From: Octopus sinensis
Taxonomy: Eukaryota
Reading direction: 5' to 3'
NCBI RefSeq assembly: GCF_006345805.1
Contig: NC_043000.1
Coordinates: 94,364,001-94,428,000, forward strand
Length of the DNA stretch: 64,000 bases
A program made the translations under genes and the position numbers. The notes below the pieces were generated by a model, which did not search any database, had not been told where the DNA came from, and was given only the letters and a program-made list of their open reading frames with translations. Shown here piece after piece: positions 40,163 through 52,199 of the stretch (its first letter is position 1; the number at the start of each line of letters is the position of its first letter).

Positions 40163-42232
40163 ATATCATTGAGTAATATTTTATGTGGAGCACTTTGGAT
40201 AGGTCAGCTTAAAAGAGCCCCATCCCCATGATATGTGTTTGTTTTTGTTATTTGCTTTGTCGCATTGTTTACGTTGTAGTTTCAAATCCCTCGGAAGTCC
40301 AAATCCCCTGTCATCCTTTCAGGATCAATGAAATAAAGTACCTATCAGATACTGTGGTTGATGGTAGCGACTAGCTCCACCCCACAAAATTGCTGGCCTT
40401 TTGCCTAAATGAGAAACAAGTATTTATTCAGGTTCTTTAAATTTTGCGTTCAAACCTCGACGAGATCAACTTGGTTTTATATCATTTTGGAGTTCTATAA
40501 AATAAAGTATTGGTACAGAGCGGTGAATCAGTAGAATTATTAGATTGTAGGACAAAATGCCTTACAATATTTGTTCAGGTTCTCTACTCTCTATGTTCAA
40601 ATCACACCCAGCTTAATTTTATATTTTACCCTTTCGGGGTCAATATGGAAATATACCGATCTTTACTGGTGGAAATGTCTGATCGTTGGATAAAATGCAT
40701 CGCTTTATTTGTTCCCGATTTTTACGTTCTGGGTGTATAAACGCTTGTGGAGAACTTGTCTGTATTTAGACGACAAAATGATGTCTTGAAAAAACAAATA
40801 TACCCAAAAGAATATACCCAATAGAAGGTAACAAAAAGCCACCTTAGTATTCTTCCATAAAAATCCCACGACTAACCTAAAGCATTTGTCAAAGGAGACT
40901 CCGGGGATCATTCATGAATTTGACGGCACAGAAAGTCAATTGTTTAAGTTCACGTTAGCCCAAAATAGGAAGAATTATGATCAAAGCCATTCCAGACATA
41001 ACAATCTCGTCTTTTTGCTTATAACAGGCTTACTTTTTAATGTAGTATCTTTTTATTTGTGATGATAGAGCAAAAATTGAGGCGGCTCCTGCTGCTGTTT
41101 CCAAGAGATTGTGCGACCTCGTTGAATCTCTCTCTTTGATTGTTTCCTCACTCACTTATATCCGAAGATTTTGGCCAGGTTGTTTCCTCACACATTTGTA
41201 TCTAAAGAAGGTTTTGACCAATCACTACAATTAACTAAATAGTTATTAATTTCTCAATGCCCCTGCTCCGGTTTACTGCGATCCTTTTCCCCTACCTTTT
41301 TCGGTGAGATTTACAGATTTCGGTGAGAACCAAATTGAGATTTTAAAGTATATTTTCCCACAGAAATAACAAGCTGTCAGTTTTGCTCACAGAAAACAAA
41401 CCTCCAACATTTCGGTACAAGTCTTCATGTACGTTATAGCTAAATTGAAACACGATGTTTATTTAATTCAAGTATTTTCTATGAAAAAAAAATAATAATT
41501 AGGAGTATGCCGAGAAGTACGACGATAGGCGGCGATTTGGCAAAATCGTTAGAGATCTGAACAGATTGCTTCGTGGTTTTCTTTGAACACACTAAGGTTA
41601 ACTTTGCTTTTTGCCCTTTTGGAGTCGATCAAAAGATACTAATCCAAAGCAGTAGATCGGTAGAGCTTTAAGAATGTCAGATGTCATGGCTCCTTGTGTT
41701 CTCAGTTCAAATCCCGCCTTGACTTATATGGGTCCCTGACTTAATCCATTGTTCAGTTTTTCCTTTTGTCTTTTCAGCGTCGATCAAAAGGTACCAACCG
41801 AAGACGGTAGATTCATAGGGTTTTAATAATGTTTGAATCGATATTTTGCAGTATTTGTTCTGGGTCTTTGTGTTCTCAGTTCAAATCCCACCATGAGCTA
41901 TTTGGTTCATAAACTTAAACCGTCGCTCGGCACCTTGGATACCTTTAGAGGCATTTACTCTGCTGCAGACCTGCGATACTGGTTTCCTGTCTGAGGACAT
42001 CTTCATTCTCTCCCACCAGCCTCGGGGGTTTTTTAACGAGTCATGGGCATTATCTTCTTGACTAAAAGATTAAAAAAACAGCTTCGATTGAAGCCTATCT
42101 TTTATTGCTTTCTACTTTATGCCTTTCCACTTTTGTGACACTAACACTTCGGTTTCTCAAGGAAAACAGAGGAAAGTCAACGAGTCTGCTTTTCTACTCT
42201 CTTTCGAATATATTTCAATATAGCATAATGAA

Positions 42233-42560
42233 CTGACACTCCATCGGTTACGAGGTTCAGGGTTTCAGTTGATCCGATCAATGGAAGAGTCAGCTTGAGA
42301 AATTAACGTAAAAGTGGCTTAGCACTCCACAGACACGTAAACCCTTAATATAGATCTCAGGGAGATTGAGCGTGATACAGAATGTGATAAAGCTGGCCCT
42401 TTGAAATACAGGAACAATTCATTTTTGCCAGCTGAGTGGATTGAAGGACCGTGAAATAAAATATCTTGCTCAAGAACACAACGCGCCACTGAAAATCGAA
42501 CTCATGACCATACGATCATAAGCCGAAAACTCTAACTACTAAGTCACGTACCTTCACGTA
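42233..42560 (-). mobile_element. SINE group V with a fourth tail type
   Basis: catttttgccagctgagtgga..cttgctcaagaacacaacgcg..aaccactaag head on minus strand; tail ctgacactccatcggttacga. Confidence 0.75.
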
Positions 42561-43856
42561 GCATACTAAAAACAGAGAAACCCGTTATCCTAAGGAAAAC
42601 TGTAGAGTTATAACTCATTCGTAAGATTGAAACTGAACTAAACTACATCTTATTAAGGAAGCAAGAATTATTCTTTTTCAGGATTTTTTTATGACATAAG
42701 CGGAAGAATAATATCCTAAATTGAGATTTGAGTGTGTACTGTAGATTTGACTCATCAGATGCTTACTATTTCCTCTATCACTTTTATCACCTACTTTAAA
42801 TTTTTTTTTTGGATTTTTGTTCATACATTTTTTTTGCTAATGTTGCCAAAACACTATATTTTAAAGTAAGGGTGAACTAGATTTAGGGTGTTCATCTATT
42901 TTCAACAATTATTTTCTTTAGCATAGCTTGAGAGAAATGTTTTCTCCTTCGAAAAAAACTCACGTTGCAGCAGCCTCAGTCCATTCTGACCTTATTACCC
43001 ATCTACCATGTACAGCACCACACATGATATAGGTTTCTTATTAAGCTGGAAAGGTTCTGTGGGACAGGAAAACTAGCACTTGTGATATTCATGCATTTAA
43101 CCCAATTTCTTTGATGCTTAATCAGTCACCTCAATATTGCATATAACCTTTTGCCTGTCCAATGCATTTTCATGAGTTTGTCCTAGGCGTCCACGCTTGT
43201 CTTCAGACCTTAAGTAAGTCCTTGTTTCATCCGTTCTGAGCAATATAAAACTTCTTTTTCATAAGACCTGAGTTACATTCTAGGTTTCAAAAATATGAAA
43301 TGTGTATTGCATATGATGCCTAGACGCCAAGAAAATATAGTCTTGTGTATCACCTGATACATATTTCAGGCAAAGGACTAAAATCACAAAAGAGAAACTT
43401 ACTATTAGTGTATCTAAAGTCAAAATAACTTTAACTATAAGAATCTATACAGTGTCAGAATCTAGAAAACCAGAAGCTTACATATATTTCTAATCTTCTA
43501 ACTTTTCTGTTGTGCTTGACAGAGTTAATACATATAAGAGAAAATTGAAATAGCAAAATTCATTTCAAAACCAATGTCTTTTCCTGACAAGAGTGATAAA
43601 TAAATAAAAAAGAATATTTACAGATACATACAAGATAAAATAGTAGGTGTAGTTTGAAAAACTAATTTGTAACTTCATTTCAACTGATAAAATAACTAAT
43701 TAATTTACTAAGAAGCTTAAAGTTAATCTAAAGAAATGACATAATCCATATATATATCTTTTCCTTTCTTCTTTCTCTCACTCACAGTATGTCTGTCACT
43801 ATACATAGATACTTAACGTATACACGCATAAATACACACAAGTATACGTATATTAT

Positions 43857-43891
<35 letters not shown>

Positions 43892-43898
43892 AAGAGAG

Positions 43899-43940
<42 letters not shown>

Positions 43941-43990
43941 CATGGGTTGTACGAGCAGCAAGAATCGAACTCAATATGCATTAGTAGAGC

Positions 43991-44043
<53 letters not shown>

Positions 44044-44115
44044 TACATATATATATATATATATTATTTACATTATTTTCATTGGACCTGTGTGTGTCCT
44101 CATCTTGTATGTTGT

Positions 44116-44153
44116 AACCATAACGTTTCCGCTGATTTACTCTCCAGATAGTC
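44116..44153 (-). ncRNA. Hammerhead relic downstream of the Penelope-like element
   Basis: GACTAT-CTGGAGA-gtaaatcagcg-GAAA-CG-TT-ATGGTT; stem I pairs (with wobbles), core A6 mutated, stem II collapsed. Confidence 0.4.
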
Positions 44154-44212
44154 TTGGTAGAATTTTTGAACTCAACCCTAGGTTCTCATTCCTGAGGTAT
44201 GTTATCATTATT

Positions 44213-44257
<45 letters not shown>

Positions 44258-44329
44258 ATTATTTATTCAAGGCACTGCCTGGAACTGAAGTGGGAATCAT
44301 GGGGTTAGTAGCTCACGCTCTTAACCATT

Positions 44330-45715
44330 ACACTATATGCCCATGGGCAATTATAGAGTGAATTTAGGGTTTATAAACTTAATACTTTTGCATCCTTCCT
44401 TAATAGCGGTTCCCATATTCAACTCATATCTGCACTAGGTATGCTTAGGAGGTCAATGTATTCTAGCATATGTGTTGCCTCTTTTAGTTTCGTATTTTCC
44501 AGTGTTGTTCTCTGTCTGTTATTTTAACTTCATCCCACAGGGAAAGGTAGTCTCCGTTTTTCCATACATGATCAGCTATACCCGATTTTTCAATATCTCC
44601 TCGTGTCACAGCTTTTTTATGTTCCACCACCCTTATTTTGAATTGGCAGCATGTTTCGCCTTTGAATAACCTACCACAACTGCATGGGATGAAGCATACA
44701 CAGCTTTTGGTCATATTCTCTTCTATCAGTGGTTTTACTCGAAGGAGATATTTGCGAAGTATTGTATTACTCTTGAATACCGTTCTGGTATCATACGGAC
44801 CGCATATCTTATGTATCTTTTCCGAGAAGCCTTTCACATAGGGTAGACAGGCTGTTGTCAGTTAATGGGTTTCATGCTCTCTCCTCTTCCTGATTGGAGT
44901 GGGTAGTATGTTTTTTGGGGTAGTTGTTGCTTAATAGATTGTTACTTAGCTTCATCATCTCTTCGTGGTGTGTATCAGGATCGCTATTTATATTCTTTGT
45001 CCAATATTTCGGGCACTGAGTAATCCCTCTCTTTACACTGTATGGATGGTGGGAATTGAAGTTAAGGTATCGTCCACTAAAGGTTGACTTGCGGTATACG
45101 GATGTCCTGAACACATGCTTAGCGCGTGTTATTAATACATCTAGGAATGCTAACTGATTTTTTTCCTTTTCCATTGTGAATTGTATGGATGGCTTTATAG
45201 AATTCACATGATCTAGCAGTACTTAGACATCTTCCTGGTGGGGCCAGAGTATAAGGGTGTCATCAACGTATCAACACCATTGGGTTGGTTTAGTGATGTT
45301 AATCCTAAAGCCACATTCTCAAAGTATTCCATGCATATATTGGTTATTATTAGTGATAATGGCGAACCCATACGTAAACCCTCATCATGTCGATATATAT
45401 ATATCAGTATCTACTCTGAAGTAGGTAGTGTCTACACAGAAGGTCAACTTCCATAGTGCTTCATCAGTTGGGACTTTGGTGAACAAACATATCACATCTA
45501 GTTGAATCCAATGGGGGTACCCTTGATTAATTCTGTGAAGTGGGTGGAATTCTTCACATATGATGTTGAATTACCTGCTAATGGATTGATCATATCCACA
45601 AGAAAGCAGCTCAGTGGTTGACATGCTGAACCTCTACCGCTCACTATGGGTCTTAATGGAATACCATTCTTGTGAACCTTAGGGAGAACGCACATGTGTG
45701 GTAGCTTACCGCAGT
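44330..45715 (-). mobile_element. Penelope-like element (Poseidon-like): decayed RT plus GIY-YIG
   Basis: LPKVHKNGIPLRPIVS..YVKNSTHF; LFTKVP; LRMGSP; YVDDT; IQFTMEKE..LAFLDV..SVYRK..YLNFNSHHP; IPCSCG..GET..RVVEH..SGIADHVW. Confidence 0.92.
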
Positions 45716-45836
45716 GTAAGACACACATATATACAAATATATATATACCTGTACACCCATGCATGTAAATTTTTATTGGTGCATAGGAATATGTCTGAGT
45801 TTACACATACAAACACATAGAAACATACACTTCGAT

Positions 45837-46226
45837 AGGAGTGGCTGTGTGGTAAGTAGCTTCTTTACCAACCACATGGTTCTGGGTTCAGTCCCACTGC
45901 GTGGCACCTTGGGCAAGTGTCTTCTACTATAGCCTCTGGCCGACCAAAGCCTTGTGAGTGGATTTGGTAGACGGAAATTGAAAGAAGCACGTCGTATGTA
46001 TATATATATGCGTGTGTGTGTTTGTGTGTCTGTGTTTGTCCCCCTAGCATTACTTGACAACCGATGCTGGTGTGTTTATGTCCCCGCTAATTAGCGGTTC
46101 GGCAAAAGAGACCGATAGAATAAGTACTGGGCTTACAAAAGAATAAGTCCCGGGGTCGAGTTGCTCGATTAAAGGTGGTGCTCCAGCATGGCCGCAGTCA
46201 AATGAGTAAAAGAGTAAAAGAGTAAA

Positions 46227-46228
<2 letters not shown>
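45837..46228 (+). mobile_element. Full-length SINE group M
   Basis: As 1851-2250. Confidence 0.9.
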
Positions 46229-46268
<40 letters not shown>

Positions 46269-46381
46269 AGAGGCTTCCAAATAGAAAAGCGTTGTGCTAG
46301 AAAGAGCAGTATAAATCTCAAAACCACAAGAAAAAGGATAAATTCTCGAAAGTAATGAAAATTTAAAATGTTTACCATCTC

Positions 46382-46463
46382 AACTATTTCCCAGACCATG
46401 GTTTCTAACTATTTCCAGCAAAAAAATATTCACTGAAGGCCAGTTTTCATCAGTGGGATAGCC
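46382..46463 (-). ncRNA. Type I hammerhead ribozyme motif (HH3, left arm)
   Basis: GGCTATCCCA-CTGATGA-A AACT..AGTT A-GAAA-CCATGG-TC-TGGGAAATAGTT: stem I 5 bp + bulge + 5 bp, palindromic ACCATGGT, GUC triplet. Confidence 0.8.
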
Positions 46464-46925
46464 TTTAGATTTCAAACATACAGACCGCCAGATCCACACG
46501 TAGAACTAACGGTTTGTATATCCTAACTTTTCAAACCACTGCGCAGACGCAGATTATACCCGGCGGCATAGTGGATGCCGGTAAACATTTCGAACAAATT
46601 TATCAAACAATATTTAAACATAATACATAGGGCAATAATAAATTATTATTACCAGTGGCCTAGCACAAAGAAGGAATTAGTCATTAGACTACATATTATT
46701 CATATAGAAATACAATAAGAGGCTTCCAAATAGGAAAGCGTTATTATTGCCCTATGTATTACGTATTATGTTTAACTATTGTTTGATAAATTTGTTCGAA
46801 ATTTTTACCGGCATCCTCTATGCCGCCGGGTATAATCTGCGTCTGCGCAGTGGTTTGAAAAGTTAGGATATACAAACCGTTAGTTCTACGTGAGGATCTG
46901 GCGGTCTGTATGTTTGAAATCTAAA

Positions 46926-47006
46926 GGCTATACCGCTGATGAAAACTGGCTTTCAGTGAATATTTTTTGCTAGAAATAGTTAGAAACCATGGTCTGGGAA
47001 ATAGTT
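46926..47006 (+). ncRNA. Type I hammerhead ribozyme motif (HH3, right arm)
   Basis: CTGATGA 46936-46942, GAAA 46983-46986, CCATGG-TC; stem I weakened (tataccg instead of tatccca). Confidence 0.7.
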
Positions 47007-47217
47007 GAGATGGTAAACGTTTTTAATTTTCATTCCTTTCGAGAATTTATCCTTTTCGTGTGGTTTTGAGATTTCTACTGCTTTTTCTAGCACAACGCTT
47101 TCCTATTTGGAAGCCTCTTATTGTATTTCTATATGAATGATATGTAGTCTAATGACTAATTCGTTGTGCTAGGCCACTGGTAATAATAATTTATTATTGC
47201 CCTATATATATTATGTT

Positions 47218-47267
<50 letters not shown>

Positions 47268-47654
47268 TGTATGTATGTATGTATGTATGTATGTATGTGT
47301 GTGTATGTATATATGTATATGTATATATAGATATGCATATATATGTATATATGTATGAATGTATGTATATATACATATACATATACATATGTATATATAT
47401 GTGTGTGTGTATATATATGTATATATACACACACACATATATATATTTATATTATGTATGTATATATGTATTGAATAAAGTTGCAACATGGTCTGGTTTT
47501 CACATTTTTTCTATTGTATTCTAAAAAAATTTTTTACAATGCTGAAGTGTATTAAACATTAGAAAAAGTATTTTGAAATCTTCATAAAGTTCAATTAGCG
47601 TTTTCGTACATTCGTAGAAGTCCTTAGATTTTTTCAAAATTTATTTAACTGACA

Positions 47655-47993
47655 GATGAGTTCTTGGTAGGGTTGAACATTTCAATAAGACATTTTTCTT
47701 TTAACTTTCTTCCAAACTTACTTGTGTCATGTAGTTTGTGGAAAGGAAAAAAATTAGAAACATTTTCTGGCCATATGTTTCTGTATGTTCGCTCAAAGGA
47801 ATTTGGCGAATATTAATGTGCCATATTTGTTCTGAACGGAAATAACAACAATAATATAACAACCAGTTAATGATGTGGATTAAAAAATATCTTTAACATA
47901 TGAAGATAAACAAATTGCAGAAGATTCCCACCGATTGAATTAAAAATGTTCGAAAGCAGATAAAGTTGTAACTTTACTCAATTTCATATAGGC
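47655..47993 (-). mobile_element. Penelope-like GIY-YIG C-terminal relic (repeated 1355 bp downstream)
   Basis: RQIPLSEHTETYGQKMFLIF/PFHKLHDTSKFGRKLKEKCLIEMFNPTKN resembles PLE SEH..FxIFPF..RxxKE..FxPxLN. Confidence 0.65.
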
Positions 47994-48548
47994 AATCGCC
48001 TATATTATTATTCTATCATTTTTCACTAGATAATAATAGAGTCAATGAGATCTTCAGAAATATTTTTTCGTGAATTATTTGCTCCGTATTGAAATTATTT
48101 TCACACTGGTGGCTGCCAATATTCGGCGTAAAACGAATCGGTTGTAGCACGGACTTCAATGTGATGGGTTGGTAGCTTTCTATCATGGTAACGCGTGCTG
48201 AGGAAAGTGAGGCTATTATGCCAGTCCAGAAACCGGTTCACGTGAGTCCAAATAATTGAATGTATGCTGAGAGATTGTCTTGGTCCGTTTATCTTCGGAC
48301 AGTTGATTTCTGTAGTTATTATCAGAGTATTTTGGCGATTTCAATAAGAGTTTTGACTGTTATTTCTAGCAGGTAGACAAACTTAGTATGTCCTTTGATT
48401 AATTTTAATCTTTGAGCTATTTAGTGCTTTTTTGGGACCTATAATCGCCTATATTATTGATTCTGTTATTATTATCTTTAAATTATTACACTAGATAATA
48501 GCATCAGTGATACCTTCACAAATATGTTCTCGGGAATTATTTGCTCCG

Positions 48549-48550
<2 letters not shown>
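47994..48550 (+). repeat. ~1.2 copies of a second ~450-bp hammerhead-containing unit (unit B)
   Basis: aatcgcctatattatt at 47994 and 48443 (period 449); redundant part ends ctccgta. Confidence 0.85.
48192..48244 (+). ncRNA. Minimal type I hammerhead motif (HH4)
   Basis: CGCGTG-CTGAGGA-aagtgaGGCtattatGCCagtcca-GAAA-CCGG-TT-CACGTG: 6-bp stem I, palindromic ACCGGT, GUU triplet; base of stem II poorly paired. Confidence 0.7.
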
Positions 48551-48580
<30 letters not shown>

Positions 48581-48586
48581 ATAATA

Positions 48587-48627
<41 letters not shown>

Positions 48628-49546
48628 GTATGTATGTATGTATGTATGTATGTGTGTGTATGTATATATGTATATGTATATATAGATATGCATATATATG
48701 TATATATGTATGAATGTATGTATATATACATATACATATACATATGTATATATATGTGTGTGTGTATATATATGTATATATACACACACACATATATATA
48801 TTTATATTATGTATGTATATATGTATTGAATAAAGTTGCAACATGGTCTGGTTTTCACATTTTTTCTATTGTATTCTAAAAAAATTTTTTACAATGCTGA
48901 AGTGTATTAAACATTAGAAAAAGTATTTTGAAATCTTCATAAAGTTCAATTAGCGTTTTCGTACATTCGTAGAAGTCCTTAGATTTTTTCAAAATTTATT
49001 TAACTGACAGATGAGTTCTTGGTAGGGTTGAACATTTCAATAAGACATTTTTCTTTTAACTTTCTTCCAAACTTACTTGTGTCATGTAGTTTGTGGAAAG
49101 GAAAAAAATTAGAAACATTTTCTGGCCATATGTTTCTGTATGTTCGCTCAAAGGAATTTGGCGAATATTAATGTGCCATATTTGTTCTGAACGGAAATAA
49201 CAACAATAATATAACAACCAGTTAATGATGTGGATTAAAAAATATCTTTAACATATGAAGATAAACAAATTGCAGAAGATTCCCACCGATTGAATTAAAA
49301 ATGTTCGAAAGCAGATAAAGTTGTAACTTTACTCAATTTCATATAGGCAATCGCCTATATTATTTATTCTATCATTTTTCACTAGATAATAATAGAGTCA
49401 ATGAGATCTTCAGAAATATTTTTTCGTGAATTATTTGCTCCGTATTGAAATTATTTTCACACTGGTGGCTGCCAATATTCGGCGTAAAACGAATCGGTTG
49501 TAGCACGGACTTCAATGTGATGGGTGGTAGCTTTCTATCATGGTAA

Positions 49547-49599
49547 CGCGTGCTGAGGAAAGTGAGGCTATTATGCCAGTCCAGAAACCGGTTCACGTG
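49547..49599 (+). ncRNA. HH4 duplicate
   Basis: Same sequence, offset 1355 bp. Confidence 0.7.
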
Positions 49600-49903
49600 A
49601 GTCCAAATAATTGAATGTATGCTGAGAGATTGTCTTGGTCCGTTTATCTTCGGACAGTTGATTTCTGTAGTTATTATCAGAGTATTTTGGCGATTTCAAT
49701 AAGAGTTTTGACTGTTATTTCTAGCAGGTAGACAAACTTAGTATGTCCTTTGATTAATTTTAATCTTTGAGCTATTTAGTGCTTTTTTGGGACCTATAAT
49801 CGCCTATATTATTGATTCTGTTATTATTATCTTTAAATTATTACACTAGATAATAGCATCAGTGATACCTTCACAAATATGTTCTCGGGAATTATTTGCT
49901 CCG

Positions 49904-49935
<32 letters not shown>

Positions 49936-49987
49936 ATATATAATATATATATATATATACACATACATACATACATACATACATACA

Positions 49988-50018
<31 letters not shown>

Positions 50019-50020
<2 letters not shown>

Positions 50021-50717
50021 TCGAGGAGGTACCCAAAAGAAACCGGAATTTTGCAAGTTATTTTATTCATTTAGTTTTACATGTTTACACTTTTCTCTCC
50101 TTCAAAGTGTTCTCCATTTCAAGCAATGCATTGGTCCAGACGCGTTTTCCACAGTCCGAATCAGTGCAGGAACTCTTGCGAAGTGATGCCTTCTAACGCT
50201 GCAACTCTTTTCATTCGTAATTACTCGCTCAAAATTCGTTGGTAGGAGCTCCAGGACGCTCCAGTCATATCAATAAGTTCGTCAATTGTTCAGTGACGGT
50301 CTTTCAATATCAGTTCATGAACTTTCATGATGTTTTCATTCATTTTGGAGCTCGACGGTCGTCCTGAACGAGATTGGTCTTCAAACGACTAATCACAATT
50401 CATAAAGCATGAAAACTACTCGTAAACTTGTGTTTTACTCATGGCAGCACCCTTGTAAGCTGTTTGAAGCAAAACAACTGTTATGGCCGCCGTTTTCACA
50501 GATCTATGCTATTCAAACGTTTCAAAAATCGGCAAACAGGGGAGAAGTACTGCAAAACAAAGACGCACCACGTGGCAGTACGACCTCAGAGGACGACACT
50601 GGTCGGCAGGCAGATGCCTGAGGGCTGCATCAAGTGGCTTCTAGTAGCGGTAGCCCAAACTACAACGGGCTTGGCCCGCAGAGGACGTTTCCGGTTACTT
50701 TTGGGTACCCTCTCGTA
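50019..50717 (-). mobile_element. Internally deleted mariner (second family)
   Basis: TIRs cgag.gggtacccaaaag.aaccggaa at both ends; FEDQSRSGRPS..VHELILKDR..ILSE*LRMKRVAA fused directly to C-terminal WKTRLDQCIA*NGEHFEG. Confidence 0.88.
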
Positions 50718-50949
50718 TACATATATATACATATGCAGATGTATATGTGTGTGGTAATGCATATATATTGTTGCATTTATGTATTGCTTACACACACACA
50801 TAAATAGACCTATGAAAAATTTATCATCCTTTTGCATTCATATAGACTTAGAGACTATGTCAGACATTCATCTGCCTACATTTATCTACACTTATATGAA
50901 TACAAGTAACCAAGCTAGAAACAGACAAGAAAATCCGAATAAATATTCA

Positions 50950-51480
50950 TAGGAAGATAGTCTCCTGATCCTACCAAGACATTCAGTTTAAAATTTCTTT
51001 ATGGAAATCATATACCACGAACACTAACTAAATCTCAGTCAGCCTATGCTGTGTGACCAACTGGTGTATCTCTAAGCATTTTTTGTGGACAGTATAATAC
51101 GAGAGAAACCAACTTTCTCCAAAAATATGTCAAGGCCTTAAGTTGACAATTCCTATTAACACCTTTATACCTTTACGTCCAGAACTGACTGAATCGTAAA
51201 TCATAAAAAAATTCTCATACCAAACCAAAATAAATCTGCTCACCATAACTGTCTATAAACTCACACCTTACAGATAAATAATTTTCTCCCCTACTCCTCT
51301 GTCTCCACTTCCTACGTAACCACACCCTGGTTCACCGATATCATACTGAATTATCATACACATCGCTACATGCTACGAAAAATAAAACAACTTGACCAAG
51401 ATCATATGAGGCCAGACACAACTCCGGTAAAGTACAGTCTGATGAAGGCAAGCAAGCAAAAGCTTCGAAGTTACTGTCAG
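50950..51480 (+). mobile_element. Very decayed Penelope-like 3' end with hammerhead relic at 51434-51477
   Basis: Weak GIY-YIG-tail-like translation (ELTES*IIKKF); ACAGT-CTGATGA-AGGC..GCTTC-GAA--GTT-ACTGT (2-nt deletion in GAAACGTT). Confidence 0.4.
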
Positions 51481-51605
51481 TATTTTCTTTGTAAAGTTTA
51501 ATAAATATGTACTCAACGAAAAAGTTTTGAGTAATCTTTCACTTCAATGTTGACTGGTTTTTATGTATAACTTCACATCAAATAAACATTAATATATATA
51601 TATAT

Positions 51606-51696
<91 letters not shown>

Positions 51697-52119
51697 TATA
51701 TATAAATATATGCACATGTATATATGTATGTATGTATATATGTATGTATATACGTTTGAGTATGTGTATTCATATATTCATTTATTGCAACTTTATTAAT
51801 GTTTCGTTGTTTGCTCTGAAATAATTAGCCACGTGGGTGTTAATTAATTTCAGTTAATTATCACTCGAGATGGGGAGAAAAAAATTAAGTCTGATAGTAA
51901 AATATTTGAACAAAGAACCTCAAAGACGCTATTTTGAAACATATCGTTTGACGTCTACCGCATAGTGTCTCTTAGTATCACCATACCACATTACACGATC
52001 CAATTGGAGAAATCTATGTGGTCGTCCGTTCAACTAGAAATAACAACCAAATTTTCTTATACCTAATACTTGATCAGAATTGAACTCAGTCAAACAACAT
52101 CATAAATTAAGAACTATTT

Positions 52120-52168
<49 letters not shown>

Positions 52169-52199
52169 CCACCATCATCATTACCATCATCATCATCAT

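Larger units (their letters stand above)
46264..47220. repeat. Large palindrome built from a ~450-bp hammerhead-containing unit (unit A)
   Basis: aataagaggcttccaaatag at 46265 and 46714 (period 449); right arm is the reverse complement with ttattattgccctat at 46741 and 47191 (period 450); centre at 46741-46742. Confidence 0.95.
47225..49925. repeat. Near-identical tandem duplication, period 1355 bp, bounded by (TA)n
   Basis: Matching ORF ends offset by exactly 1355 (47524/48879, 47434/48789, 48478/49833); only a few 1-nt differences seen. Confidence 0.95.

Noticed and set aside
43150-43215. Minus-strand CTGAAGA..GAAA-ATGCAT motif
   Set aside because: G at the cleavage position and no stem I.
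46264-47220. A-to-G bias between palindrome arms as a fossil of RNA editing
   Set aside because: The ~15 substitutions I counted are of mixed types with no directional bias.
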